The position numbers and the translations under genes are program-made. From an uncultured Verrucomicrobiae bacterium (GTDB lineage: Bacteria; Verrucomicrobiota; Verrucomicrobiia; Chthoniobacterales; UBA10450): a stretch of DNA of 64,000 nucleotides. Each line of letters opens with the position of its first letter. The first letter of the stretch is position 1. The stretch spans positions 224,001-288,000 of the forward strand of contig CAVTMK010000001.1 of the NCBI GenBank assembly GCA_963735805.1. The letters are read 5' to 3'. The notes under the pieces are model-generated. The model ran no database searches. It was not told the DNA's origin and saw only the letters and a list, made by a program, of their open reading frames with translations. This document shows, in pieces, positions 10,701 through 21,007 of the stretch.

Positions 10701-11165
10701 TTAAGAAAGATAAGTCCAAATCTGAATAATCAAAATCATGGCGGAAACACCAAGCAACAGCCACAGCAGCGGCATTGAGTTTTTCTCGAGCGGCGCCACC
10801 ACGATTGAAGGGTTCTGCGGCACGTTCTCCGGGATGGCGATAAGGGGCTGAGTCTTTTTCATCTGAACCGCTCGAAGAGGAATGCGCACTGTCTCCTTTA
10901 TTGGTCCCGACGGCGGCAGATCAGGTGCGGGCATCACCGAGGCGTTCAAGGGTACCGGTGGAGGTTGCGGTCGCTGGAAGAATTGCGGAGAAACCACTTC
11001 CTGAACGGAAGGCGTCGAGACGGGTCGAGGTTCAACTAAAATGCGAACCGGCGACTCAGGGATCGGCAACCGGACGGTGTCGCGCGATTTCGTATTCGTG
11101 TCTGCGGCTTCAGGGGCCACTGAAATGCGAGTCGTTTCTTTCTTTGGTTCGTTTGGCTCCGCCAT
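10701..11165 (-). CDS. Proline-rich, probably disordered protein with C-terminal membrane anchor
   Basis: 154 aa; Pro-rich; terminal hydrophobic helix LLWLLLGVSAMILIIQIWTYLS. Confidence 0.7.
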   Translation of the reverse strand: MAEPNEPKKETTRISVAPEAADTNTKSRDTVRLPIPESPVRILVEPRPVSTPSVQEVVSPQFFQRPQPPPVPLNASVMPAPDLPPSGPIKETVRIPLRAVQMKKTQPLIAIPENVPQNPSIVVAPLEKNSMPLLWLLLGVSAMILIIQIWTYLS

Positions 11166-11258
11166 TTATCAAAATGATTACCAAGAAGTTTGCTCAGGAA
11201 AAAGACAACTGTCACGCGTTAAGTACACAGCGAGAATCCTTCTTGTAAGAAACTCGGC

Positions 11259-12728
11259 TCAGGCCAATAGATCGTATCCGCGGCTTCCTGCGATTGTGCG
11301 CTGAACGAACTCGCCTACGGGGGCCTCTTTCGATAAGATGACTCGGGCGTCAACATCCGGAGCATCGGCTTCGCTCCGCGCGACATGTGGCTGATCCACG
11401 AGTAATTTCAAGTCCGTTCCGGTTTTTTCGCGCGCAATTTCATGCGCAATCTCCCGCTGAATCGACATCGCGATGCGGTAGCGCGCATTCCTGATTTTCG
11501 CGGGAATCTGGCCTGGCATTTTCGCGGCGCGCGAGCCTTCTTCCTGCGAATATTTGAACACCCCGAGGCGCTCGAATCGAGTGTGTCGAATGAAATTAAG
11601 AAGGCCAGCGAATTCATCGTCGGTCTCTCCGGGGAAACCGACGATGAAAGTGGTACGCAACGTCAAACCCGGAATTCCGGCGCGCAGCCTTTGAATTAAA
11701 TTTTCGATATGCTGACGGGAAGTTTCCCGTTGCATACGTGCCAACATCGAGTCCTCGATATGCTGCAACGGAATATCGATGTAACGAGCGACCTTACTGC
11801 ACTGAGCGATGGTCTCGATGAGCTCATCACTCCAGTGCGCCGGGTGCGTGTAAAGCAGGCGCACCCAGAAATCGCCATCGATCTCCTGAATTTCGCGAAG
11901 CAGAGCAGCCAATGTTGGGCCGCGTGCCGAGTCAACTGGTTGCCGGGGACCGGCCTTCTCCGACCAGAGATCCATTCCGTAATAGGTCGTGTCCTGACTG
12001 ATCAAATTGAACTCACGGACGCCTTCGCTCACGAGGCCGCGAATTTCCGCCAGCACCGACTGTGGCGCGCGGCTGCGGTGTTTCCCACGCATTTGCGGAA
12101 TCACGCAAAAACTGCACGGATGATTGCAACCTTCGGCGATCTTTACGTAGGCGGAATGCGACGGCGTAAGCCTGAAGCGTGGTGTGTCGTAATTGGGAAT
12201 GTAAGTGGGCCGCGTTTCTGCGAACGCAACATCCAGACCATTATTCGTCGCATCGGATTGATGTGACCCATCTGACTGACGCGTCACTATTTTCTCCACG
12301 ATTTCACCAAGCTGCGCTACCTGGTCCAATCCGATGAACGCGTCGACTTCGGGCATTTCCTCCCGCAGTTCGCGTGCGAAACGTTGCGACATACAACCGC
12401 TCACAATGAGTTTTTGATTGGATCGCTTGCTTAAGCCACGCTGCTGATGCGCCTCTAAAATTGCTTCGATAGACTCCTCCTTGGCTGAATCAATGAAGGC
12501 ACAAGTGTTGATCACCAGCACGTCGGCCTCCTCGGCACGTGCGGTGATTTCCATGCCACGCTGCAACACGCTGCCCAGCATGATTTCCGCATCGACGAGG
12601 TTCTTCGCGCAGCCGAGACTGATCATGCCAACCCTGATGGGTGACATTGGTACATCTGTCGCCTGCTTTTGGTGCTGCGCATGGTTGTCTGCAGCCGGCA
12701 CAGCTGCCACTACGGGTGGCGAATTCAT
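11259..12728 (-). CDS. rimO: Ribosomal protein S12 methylthiotransferase
   Basis: SLGCAKNLVDAE, NTCAFIDSAKEES, radical SAM CNHPCSFC, APDVD. Confidence 0.95.
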   Translation of the reverse strand: MNSPPVVAAVPAADNHAQHQKQATDVPMSPIRVGMISLGCAKNLVDAEIMLGSVLQRGMEITARAEEADVLVINTCAFIDSAKEESIEAILEAHQQRGLSKRSNQKLIVSGCMSQRFARELREEMPEVDAFIGLDQVAQLGEIVEKIVTRQSDGSHQSDATNNGLDVAFAETRPTYIPNYDTPRFRLTPSHSAYVKIAEGCNHPCSFCVIPQMRGKHRSRAPQSVLAEIRGLVSEGVREFNLISQDTTYYGMDLWSEKAGPRQPVDSARGPTLAALLREIQEIDGDFWVRLLYTHPAHWSDELIETIAQCSKVARYIDIPLQHIEDSMLARMQRETSRQHIENLIQRLRAGIPGLTLRTTFIVGFPGETDDEFAGLLNFIRHTRFERLGVFKYSQEEGSRAAKMPGQIPAKIRNARYRIAMSIQREIAHEIAREKTGTDLKLLVDQPHVARSEADAPDVDARVILSKEAPVGEFVQRTIAGSRGYDLLA

Positions 12729-12736
12729 TACCGGCG

Positions 12737-13705
12737 CTAGTTAACCGTCACGTCTTCGTCACCTTCTTCCAATGCTTTTCCATTCTTGGTGATCTGGACA
12801 GCATCAGGATCGAGAACGCGAATCGAGACATGTTTGCCGTGAAATTCCACCGTTCCATCTGCCGGAGAAACCCAGCGTTCGAAGGCAGGACTTCCGGTTT
12901 TGTCGCCCACGGTGACTCTTACATAAGTTCTTTTTAGCGGCCGAATCGCGACGCGATTTTGGTCGCCTGATTCCACGGAAGACGGATTCGCGGTCTCTTG
13001 TGCCTTCCCCACATCTTCGCGAGTCACCGGCTTCGCCCGACGCACCTCCGGTTCACTTGGCGCCGCCGAAACAGGCAAAGCCTTCCGAGTTTCTGGTGGC
13101 CCGACTGTCGCAATAGGTGAAGTAGCCGCTTCGGACGGCGCTGGCGGCACGGCGGTGGGAGCGGATGCAACTGTACTTGGCGACGCTTCGGTCTTGCCAG
13201 GCTGGCTGGCCTTGGGGCTTGGGACCGCTGAGGCGCTTGGTGATACCTGCGCCGTAGACTGCGCTTTTCCAGGCGCGAGCCGCTGCACATTGAGAATCAA
13301 CTTCATTACGCCAAACCCGATCACTAACACAAGCACCCCGAAGATCAGCGGCATTGGCGAGATGCGTTCTTGGTTGGTTGTGGCGGGACGACGACGTCGA
13401 ATAACCGGTGCGCTAACCGGCTTCTCAGGGCGATTTTCCTGGAGATACGAGTAGCCATCGACGGTCACGCGTTCGGAATCTTCAAACGCGTCCAGATATG
13501 GCGCGACGTCGACATCTAAAAATTTGCCGTAAATGAGAAGAAAACCTTTTGCGTATGCAAGACTGGGGAATTGCGAAAAATCATCTGCCTCAATCTCCGC
13601 AAGCCGGGCGGGACGAATCTTTGTCATTCGGGCTGCTTCGTCGAGCGTAAGGTTTCTCGCGAGCCTCGCCTCCTGAAATTTTTTTCCAAGCCCTTCTATC
13701 GTCAT
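12737..13705 (-). CDS. rodZ: RodZ-like HTH protein with TM helix and C-terminal DUF4115-like domain
   Basis: LGKKFQEARLARNLTLDEAARMTKI...YAKGFLLIYGKFL followed by a TM helix; lies in the conserved ftsK-rodZ-rimO context. Confidence 0.8.
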   Translation of the reverse strand: MTIEGLGKKFQEARLARNLTLDEAARMTKIRPARLAEIEADDFSQFPSLAYAKGFLLIYGKFLDVDVAPYLDAFEDSERVTVDGYSYLQENRPEKPVSAPVIRRRRPATTNQERISPMPLIFGVLVLVIGFGVMKLILNVQRLAPGKAQSTAQVSPSASAVPSPKASQPGKTEASPSTVASAPTAVPPAPSEAATSPIATVGPPETRKALPVSAAPSEPEVRRAKPVTREDVGKAQETANPSSVESGDQNRVAIRPLKRTYVRVTVGDKTGSPAFERWVSPADGTVEFHGKHVSIRVLDPDAVQITKNGKALEEGDEDVTVN

Positions 13706-13721
13706 TGCGCAGAAACAGCGG

Positions 13722-16196
13722 CTAAACGGCAGCATCGAGATCGACCAGAATCTCGCGTGGTTTGGCGCCTTCGCCGGGACCTAAAATACCGCGCTGCTCC
13801 AGAATATCAACGATTCGTGCGGCGCGCGTGTAGCCGAGTCGCAGGCGGCGCTGAAGCAGTGAGGTCGAGGCACGTTTTTCCTGTCGAATGATCTCCAGAC
13901 ATTTTTCGACCAACTCTTCGTCTTCGTCTGTCACATCTTCTTCTGGGGCGGCGGTAGATTGAAGCTTCTCGTGCATGGCCGTATCGAAAGCAGGCGGGCT
14001 TTGCGCGGAAACAAATTCGACTACTCGATGAATCTCATCATCCGTGACAAGAACGCCCTGTGCGCGAATGAGGCGCGACGCGCTGGGTGGGAGATAAAGC
14101 ATGTCGCCTTGCCCGAGCAATCGATCGGCACCGTTTTCATCAAGAATTACGCGACTGTCGATCTTGGAAGCAACCTGAAACGCGATCCGGCTCGGAATAT
14201 TCGCCTTGATCACGCCGGTGATGACGTCCGCGCGGGGAGTTTGCGTCGCGACAATAATGTGAATACCGGCCGCACGAGCCATTTGTGTGATGCGTGCAAT
14301 GGCACTTTCAACGTCCGCAGGCGCGGTTTGCATCAAATCCGCCAACTCATCGATGATGACGACCACGTACGGCATCTTGTCAGGAATTTGCGGCTCATCC
14401 TTTGTAGTTGAGTGCGCGGAGCCCGGACCTTCCGAAGCTTCCTGTTCGTCGCCACGCTCAGCACCCGGGGCGACAGACTTCTTTGGTCGTGCGTTGAAAC
14501 CGACGATATTGCGCACGCCAACGCGTGCAAAGATTCTGTAACGACGCTCCATCTCATCGATCAGCCAGCGCAAGGCGAGCATCACTTTTTTTGGATCGAC
14601 AACTATCGGGAACGCGAGATGCGGCAGTGAGCTATACGATTGAAGTTCCACCATCTTCGGGTCGACGATCACAAGACGGAGCTCTTCGGGCGTGAAACGA
14701 AAAAGCATGCTGGCGATCAATGCATTGATACAAACACTCTTTCCGCTGCCAGTGGTACCAGCAACCAGTAGATGCGGCATTTGCGCAAGGTCGGCAATGA
14801 TCGTTTTGCCGTAAACGTCTTTCCCAAGCGCGAGCGGAATTTTCGCGTGTCCCTTCGCCTCTTCCCAGTCGGATGACTGCAACAGTTCACGCAGTTTGAC
14901 TGTCACCTTTCGGCTGTTCGCCAGTTCGATGCCCACCGTGTCTTTTCCGGGAATCGGCGCGAGGATATTGATTCGTTCGGCGCGCGTGGCTCGAGCGAGG
15001 TCCCGCTCGAGGCTTACAATCTTGTCCACACGAACGCCTTTGGCCGGATAGACTTCGTAACGGGTAATCGTCGGCCCTTTTGTGATATCGCCCGGTGCCA
15101 CGGCAATTCCGAATTGCCCCAAAGTCTCAATCAAAACTCGTTGAACGTCCTCCAGCTCCGAAGGATCAGACGTGCCGCGCCCCTCCATACTATGCTCGTC
15201 CAGCAGATCCATCCCGGGCAAGGCATAATTTTCCGATGTCCAAGTTGGAGTCATTACACTCGGCGCCGATCTTGCCTTCCGTTCGCCGGCACGCAATTCA
15301 GCGAGAGATGGTTTTCTGCGGGTCTCCTGCTCGCTCGGCAATGCGGTTGTATCGACGACCTTTGGTTTCGGCCGATTTGCCAGTTCCTCTGGCGAAATCA
15401 TCGACCCGCTCAACTCGCCCGTGGGCACACCTTTCTTTTTTAATTGTTTTTCCAGTAACCGCCGCTGCTTGGCGAGTTGCTGCTCACTGATTGCCAGTTT
15501 CCCCTTGAGATCCGATTTGCGCAGCCTCCAACGCAATCGCCATTCCTGCAGACTTACGCTCACGCGACGCATGAGCGCGACCGTCTCGCGAACAAGATGA
15601 ATGGGACGCAAACCGGTGACCAGAATCAGTGTGGTCACATAAATTCCGATCAAAAGGAGAAGGGTACCGAGTGGACCAACAGCGTTACGAAGCAAACCAC
15701 GGTGCTGATCGGCGAAAGCGTACCCGATCCAACCACCGGGTCCCTGGATGTTGAAGGCGGAGTGCCAGCCTTGCAAATGATACGGCTGCACATGGAGCAA
15801 ACAGGCACCTGATATGATAAACAGAGCGATCCAGGCTAACCGCGGCGTGATCCGCAAACCGGGATAAAACAGTTTTGCAGCGCCGAAACCCAGCAGGATT
15901 ACGGCCAAAAGGTATGACGCGGCTCCAATAAATTGATAGCAGATTCCTGCGATAACGGCGCCTACCGGCCCGATGAAGTTCTGCGCAGGATGATTCGCCG
16001 GCGAAATGTGACTGAACCAAATCCAGGAGGGAACATCCTTGGGCGTGTAGGAAATCAGCGCGAAAAACAAGAGGGTCCCCGCGAATAGTAAAACGAGAGC
16101 AAAGACTTCGTTCCAAGCGCTGTGTCTATCCGTGCGAGCCACCGCGTCTGATAGTAGTCCCGCAGCAGCGTCTTTCAATCTTTTGTAGAGGCGCAT
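13722..16196 (-). CDS. ftsK: DNA translocase FtsK
   Basis: N-terminal TM segments, PHLLVAGTTGSGKS, IIDELADLM, gamma domain LQRRLRLGYTRAARIVD. Confidence 0.97.
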   Translation of the reverse strand: MRLYKRLKDAAAGLLSDAVARTDRHSAWNEVFALVLLFAGTLLFFALISYTPKDVPSWIWFSHISPANHPAQNFIGPVGAVIAGICYQFIGAASYLLAVILLGFGAAKLFYPGLRITPRLAWIALFIISGACLLHVQPYHLQGWHSAFNIQGPGGWIGYAFADQHRGLLRNAVGPLGTLLLLIGIYVTTLILVTGLRPIHLVRETVALMRRVSVSLQEWRLRWRLRKSDLKGKLAISEQQLAKQRRLLEKQLKKKGVPTGELSGSMISPEELANRPKPKVVDTTALPSEQETRRKPSLAELRAGERKARSAPSVMTPTWTSENYALPGMDLLDEHSMEGRGTSDPSELEDVQRVLIETLGQFGIAVAPGDITKGPTITRYEVYPAKGVRVDKIVSLERDLARATRAERINILAPIPGKDTVGIELANSRKVTVKLRELLQSSDWEEAKGHAKIPLALGKDVYGKTIIADLAQMPHLLVAGTTGSGKSVCINALIASMLFRFTPEELRLVIVDPKMVELQSYSSLPHLAFPIVVDPKKVMLALRWLIDEMERRYRIFARVGVRNIVGFNARPKKSVAPGAERGDEQEASEGPGSAHSTTKDEPQIPDKMPYVVVIIDELADLMQTAPADVESAIARITQMARAAGIHIIVATQTPRADVITGVIKANIPSRIAFQVASKIDSRVILDENGADRLLGQGDMLYLPPSASRLIRAQGVLVTDDEIHRVVEFVSAQSPPAFDTAMHEKLQSTAAPEEDVTDEDEELVEKCLEIIRQEKRASTSLLQRRLRLGYTRAARIVDILEQRGILGPGEGAKPREILVDLDAAV

Positions 16197-16309
16197 GCTT
16201 CCTTGCTCGTGTTCGCACTATTGAACGCGGCGCCCCTGACGGTCGCGCCTTACCATCGCGGTTTAATCTTGCGCGCATTACCAGAGACTGATAACTGTGC
16301 CAGCGCATT

Positions 16310-16528
16310 ATGGTTCCTTTCGTCCGCTACGGCCTCAGTGCTGTGGCGCTCTGCACACTGCTGTTTTGCATATCGTGCGAAAAACATCCGCTCGGCCAAA
16401 TGCCGGAAGTTCAGCGGGAGCAGTCCGATCCAGCAACGAGAGTCTGGTCCGAAGCGGGCAAAATCGAGTCTGAAAAATCGGCCTCCTCGCCCGGGCCAGC
16501 GGAAGCTGTTCCGCACGAAGATCGTTAG
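16310..16528 (+). CDS. Small putative lipoprotein
   Basis: Hydrophobic N-terminus ending in LFCISC (lipobox-like); fills the gap before the POT transporter. Confidence 0.55.
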   Translation: MVPFVRYGLSAVALCTLLFCISCEKHPLGQMPEVQREQSDPATRVWSEAGKIESEKSASSPGPAEAVPHEDR

Positions 16529-16542
16529 GCAAAGGAGATCAT

Positions 16543-18021
16543 ATGGCCAAACACAGGTACGCAACCTCGCCTCCAAACTTAACGGGCATGCCGCCGGGCG
16601 TACCGTACATCATCGGCAACGAAGCTGCCGAGCGTTTCTCCTATTACGGGATGAAGTCGGTCCTGACCGTCTTCATGGCGCATTTTATTTTGAATCAATC
16701 TGGTGTGCTTGCGCCGATGAGTTCGAACGAGGCGTACATGTACACGCACTACTTCGTTTTCGGCGTTTACTTTCTCCCGATCCTCGGCGCCGTCATCGCG
16801 GATGGCTGGCTGGGCAAATATTGGACCATCCTCTCGCTCTCGATCGTCTACTGCCTGGGCAATCTCACGCTGGCGTGCATGGCCACTTCCTGGGGGATTG
16901 CAATTGGCCAGCGAGCGATGCTGGCAATCGGACTGTTTCTGATTTGTCTGGGGGCAGGCGGCATTAAACCGTGCGTGTCGGCGAACGTTGGCGATCAGTT
17001 CGGCAAATCAAACCAGCATCTCCTATCAAAAATGTTTGGCTGGTTCTATTTCTCCATTAACGCCGGCTCTTTCATTTCTTCACTGCTTTGTCCCTGGTTA
17101 CTGGGGAATCCGAAGTACGGACCGGGATGGGCATTTGGAATTCCTGGAATCGCAATGTTGATCGCTACTTTGTTTTTCTGGGGCGGTCGCAAAAAAATGG
17201 TGCACGTGCCTCCGGCTGGATTGGGCTACCTGCGCGAAACCTTAAGCAAGGAAGGTCTCATCACGCTTGCGCGAATCGCAATGGTTTACGTTTTCATTTT
17301 GGTTTTTTGGGCCCTGTGGGGAATGAGCAACGGCGCCGAATGGACGTTGCAAGCAGAGAAAATGGATCTCCACGTGTCCTGGCTGCCGTGGGTCAACATT
17401 GGCTTTTCGCCATTTCACGTTTCAGCGGGGTGGGGTTTGGATTTGCTGGCCGCGCAGGTGCAAACCGCAAACCCTATTTTGATCCTGATTTTTATCCCAT
17501 TGGTAAATTATGTGATCTACCCGCTCATCAATGCAGTCTTCCCGCTCACTCCGCTGCGAAAAATCGGAATAGGGCTTTTCATCACTGCGCTCTCTTTCGT
17601 TGTAATTGTCATGATTCAAGGATGGATCGATGCAGGGTTAAAACCTCATATCAATTGGCAGTTTCTCGCCTACGTCGTGCTCACACTCGGCGAAGCGATG
17701 GTTTCAATCACCGGTCTAGAATTTTCCTATACGCAGGCGCCGAACACGATGAAGAGTTCCGTGATGGCGCTGTGGCTTCTCACTGTGGCCTCAGGTGAAC
17801 TCTTCGTGGGTCTGGTAAATAAATGGATCTTAAGCGCAGGCGGCGCGCATAAGCTCAGCGACTACCAGTACTTCACCTTCTTCACCTGGTTGATGTTTGG
17901 GGCCGCTGTCGTTTTCGTTGTCGTCGCCTGCTTCTATAAAGGCCGCACCTACCTGCAAACTCAGCTCACGCCGGACGAAATCGCCACCGAGCCGATTCTA
18001 CATGGCGGCACGCCAAGCTGA
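16543..18021 (+). CDS. POT/PTR family proton-dependent oligopeptide transporter
   Basis: EAAERFSYYGM (ExxERFxYY), GGIKPCVS and FYFSINAGS motifs; AGGAG SD. Confidence 0.95.
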   Translation: MAKHRYATSPPNLTGMPPGVPYIIGNEAAERFSYYGMKSVLTVFMAHFILNQSGVLAPMSSNEAYMYTHYFVFGVYFLPILGAVIADGWLGKYWTILSLSIVYCLGNLTLACMATSWGIAIGQRAMLAIGLFLICLGAGGIKPCVSANVGDQFGKSNQHLLSKMFGWFYFSINAGSFISSLLCPWLLGNPKYGPGWAFGIPGIAMLIATLFFWGGRKKMVHVPPAGLGYLRETLSKEGLITLARIAMVYVFILVFWALWGMSNGAEWTLQAEKMDLHVSWLPWVNIGFSPFHVSAGWGLDLLAAQVQTANPILILIFIPLVNYVIYPLINAVFPLTPLRKIGIGLFITALSFVVIVMIQGWIDAGLKPHINWQFLAYVVLTLGEAMVSITGLEFSYTQAPNTMKSSVMALWLLTVASGELFVGLVNKWILSAGGAHKLSDYQYFTFFTWLMFGAAVVFVVVACFYKGRTYLQTQLTPDEIATEPILHGGTPS

Positions 18022-18026
18022 ATCCG

Positions 18027-19754
18027 ATGAAAATCATCTTCGCAGCCGCGCTCGTATTGTCGTCTTCGAGCCTCAGCGCGTTCGGCACTCCGCAGGACGA
18101 CGCGTTTCAAAAAATCGCGCACGACTACATCGAACAGTATTTGCGGAGCAATCCTGAGGATGCGACGGAGCTCGGCGATCACCGGTTTGATGGTCAGCTC
18201 ACTGATTACTCATCCGAAGCACGGGCGAAAGAACTGGCCGCGCAAAAAGAGTTTCGCGAAAAACTGGCGTCCATCGATGGCTCGCAGCTTACCGGTGCGA
18301 ACAATGTCGATTTCCGCATTCTCAAAGAGAACATCGATTACCAAATTTTCCGGGCTGAAAAGCTAAAGGAGCCGCAATGGAATCCGCTCGTGTACATGCA
18401 AAGCCTGGCCAACAGCCTCTATTTGTTGGTCGCGCGCGATTTCGCACCGCCAGGACAGCGGATTCCAAATTTGCGACAGCGGATCGAAGCAATTCCTCGC
18501 GTGATCGCTCAGGCGAAAGCCAACTTGCAACATCCGCCGCGCGTTCACACGGAAACAGCGATTGAGCAAACACAAGGGGCGATCAACCTCGTGCAAGAAG
18601 GGCTCGCCCCGCTGCTGGATCGGGCGCCACAACTGAAAAAGGAACTCGCACCCGTACAGGAAAAAACTGCCGCTGCTCTGGAGGATTACAAGAAATGGCT
18701 TCAGGACAATCTGTTGCCGCGCTCCGACGGCAATTTCCGCCTTGGCGCGGAGAAGTACCGAAAGAAACTGCGTTTTGCGCTCGCCTCGGACTTATCGATG
18801 GAGGAAATCATGAAGCGTGCGCAAGCCGACCTGCGGCAAACTCAAACTGCGATCTATGAAACGGCGTTGCCCCTTTACAGAAAATATTTCCCGAACGCAG
18901 ACGCAGCAACGCTTTCAGACAAACATAAGGTCACAGCGGCAGTACTCGAAAAACTCGGTGAGCAACATCCCGACGACGCAACGGTTGTCGGTTACGCGAA
19001 AAAAGTTGTTACCGAAGCTACCGATTTCGTTAAAGCCCGCAATCTGGTCACTGTTCCGAACGCACCACTGGATGTGATCGCGATGCCCGAGTTCAAACGC
19101 GGTGTAGCCGTCGCATACTGTGAATCCCCTGGCCCGCTCGAGAAAACGGGCCAAACATTTTTTGCCGTCTCACCGACGCCAATAGACTGGTCAAAGGAGC
19201 GAAAGGAATCGTTCTTCCGCGAATATAACAATTATATGATTCGCGACCTGACCGTGCACGAGGCGATGCCGGGACATTACCTGCAATTGGCCCATGCGAA
19301 CCAGTTCCATGCGCCCACGCTGGTTCGTGCAATTTTCCAAAGTGGCCCGTTCATCGAAGGTTGGGCCGTTTACTGCGAGCAAATGATGGCAGAACAAGGC
19401 TACGGCGGGCCGGAAGTGAAGATGCAGCAGTTGAAAATGCGATTACGCGTAATCGCCAACGCCATCCTCGATCAAGGCATACACGCCGGCAACATGACGG
19501 AAAAAGAAGCGATGGATTTGATGATGAAAGAGACTTTCCAACAGGAAGGCGAGGCAGTGGCAAAGTGGAAACGCGCGCGCCTTACTTCCGCTCAGCTCTC
19601 CACATATTTCGTGGGCGTCACTGAGCATCTGGATCTGCGCGCGACGGAGGAGAAGAAACTAGGCAAAGATTTCGACCTTAAGAAATACAACGACCAGGTG
19701 ATCTCATACGGTAGCCCGCCGGTAAAATACGTTCGCGAGCTGATGGGTCTGTAA
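18027..19754 (+). CDS. DUF885 family secreted protein
   Basis: Signal peptide; HEAMPGHYLQ and EGWAVYCE motifs. Confidence 0.92.
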   Translation: MKIIFAAALVLSSSSLSAFGTPQDDAFQKIAHDYIEQYLRSNPEDATELGDHRFDGQLTDYSSEARAKELAAQKEFREKLASIDGSQLTGANNVDFRILKENIDYQIFRAEKLKEPQWNPLVYMQSLANSLYLLVARDFAPPGQRIPNLRQRIEAIPRVIAQAKANLQHPPRVHTETAIEQTQGAINLVQEGLAPLLDRAPQLKKELAPVQEKTAAALEDYKKWLQDNLLPRSDGNFRLGAEKYRKKLRFALASDLSMEEIMKRAQADLRQTQTAIYETALPLYRKYFPNADAATLSDKHKVTAAVLEKLGEQHPDDATVVGYAKKVVTEATDFVKARNLVTVPNAPLDVIAMPEFKRGVAVAYCESPGPLEKTGQTFFAVSPTPIDWSKERKESFFREYNNYMIRDLTVHEAMPGHYLQLAHANQFHAPTLVRAIFQSGPFIEGWAVYCEQMMAEQGYGGPEVKMQQLKMRLRVIANAILDQGIHAGNMTEKEAMDLMMKETFQQEGEAVAKWKRARLTSAQLSTYFVGVTEHLDLRATEEKKLGKDFDLKKYNDQVISYGSPPVKYVRELMGL

Positions 19755-19808
19755 GGCGTTTCTGTGAAACGCTGAATCAAAGTTGGCGTCTGACACAGAC
19801 GCCCTACA
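19750..19808. repeat. GTAG-type REP doublet
   Basis: TGTAAGGCGTTTCTGTGAAACGC...GGCGTCTGACACAGACGCCCTACA: two inverted palindromic units. Confidence 0.75.
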
Positions 19809-19834
19809 ATTAGGTTGAGATCGAAATCATATTT

Positions 19835-20473
19835 ATGCCAAGCCTCGCCACATGGATGCGACCGAAGGACGAACAATGGTTTCAACCATTTTTTGAGATG
19901 CACCCTGACATTCATGTTTGCGATGCGAGCAAAAGGGAGGTTTCGATGGACCAAATGGATGGGCTCCTGCTGACGGGCGGATCCGATATCACACCGGAGT
20001 TTCTGCGGCAGGAAAATGTCGATCCGACCTTGATCGACAAAGATGATCTTGATCCCAAACGGGACCGTTGGGAGTTCAAGGCGATTTCGAAGGCGCTCAC
20101 GCGCGGCCTTCCGATTCTCGCCATTTGCAGAGGTATTCAGGTGTTAAATGTCGCCATGGGCGGAACACTTAAGCTCGACATTCCGGGTCACAGGCTGCCG
20201 GAACAGAAAGAGCAGGACATTCAGCGGCTGCGTTATGATGGCAACGCGAAGCATCGATTCAAAAACGTCAACAGTTCGCATCATCAGGCAATCGATCGCG
20301 TCGCCGATGGTTTCGAAATCCAAGCATGGTGCACCGACGACGACATCATCGAGCAAGTGCGCCTGCAGAATTATCCCTTCGGGTTAGCAGTCCAATACCA
20401 TCCTGAGCGTGGAAAAATCTACGATGCGCTCTTTGAGGATTTCTTCGAACGAGTGAAATCGTTCAAGCGCTAA
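19835..20473 (+). CDS. Gamma-glutamyl-gamma-aminobutyrate hydrolase family (peptidase C26)
   Basis: DGLLLTGGSD, AICRGIQVLNV, VNSSHHQAI and VQYHPE motifs. Confidence 0.92.
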   Translation: MPSLATWMRPKDEQWFQPFFEMHPDIHVCDASKREVSMDQMDGLLLTGGSDITPEFLRQENVDPTLIDKDDLDPKRDRWEFKAISKALTRGLPILAICRGIQVLNVAMGGTLKLDIPGHRLPEQKEQDIQRLRYDGNAKHRFKNVNSSHHQAIDRVADGFEIQAWCTDDDIIEQVRLQNYPFGLAVQYHPERGKIYDALFEDFFERVKSFKR

Positions 20474-20477
20474 AAAT

Positions 20478-20840
20478 TTAGTTGCCGCGATAAACGCAGC
20501 GCGCCGTCGGTGTCTCGTGCACGACGATTTCGCAAAGCCCCGGACATTGCGATTCCAATTTTTTCCAGAACCATTCAGCCATTTTTTCAATCGTCGGATT
20601 CTCCAAGCCTTCGATATCGTTGAGATAAGCGTGATCTAACATTTTCAGAAGCGGCTTCATCGCATCGCTAATTTTCGCATGGTCATAAACCCATCCGGGT
20701 TTTGGATCGACATCACCTTCCGCTGATACTTCGACCTTAAAACTGTGGCCATGTACGCGACGGCATTTGTGGCCTTCTGGCGCGTTTGGCAAAGTCTGCG
20801 CCGCTTCAAAGGTGAAATCTTTTGTTAGGCGAGCTCTCAC
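20478..20840 (-). CDS. queD: 6-carboxytetrahydropterin synthase
   Basis: KCRRVHGHSF, LDHAYLNDIEGLENPT and ET motifs; adjacent to queE. Confidence 0.93.
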   Translation of the reverse strand: MRARLTKDFTFEAAQTLPNAPEGHKCRRVHGHSFKVEVSAEGDVDPKPGWVYDHAKISDAMKPLLKMLDHAYLNDIEGLENPTIEKMAEWFWKKLESQCPGLCEIVVHETPTARCVYRGN

Positions 20841-20870
20841 AGTCGGGAAAATACCATTGCCCCCGCTCCC

Positions 20871-20983
20871 TTGTCATCCCGAACGGAGTGAGGGACCTCG
20901 CACAAGGTCGTAAGATTACGCGCGCTACCTTGTGTAATCCAGCGCCCGCCTAAGATCGCCATTGTCTTCGCGACTCGGGACAA
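20871..20983. repeat. Degenerate intergenic palindromic element
   Basis: TTGTCATCCCGAACGGAGTGAGGGACCT...ACTCGGGACAA with inverted ends, between queE and queD. Confidence 0.55.
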
Positions 20984-21007
20984 CCAGGCCTGGCGGAGGC
21001 ACATCGA

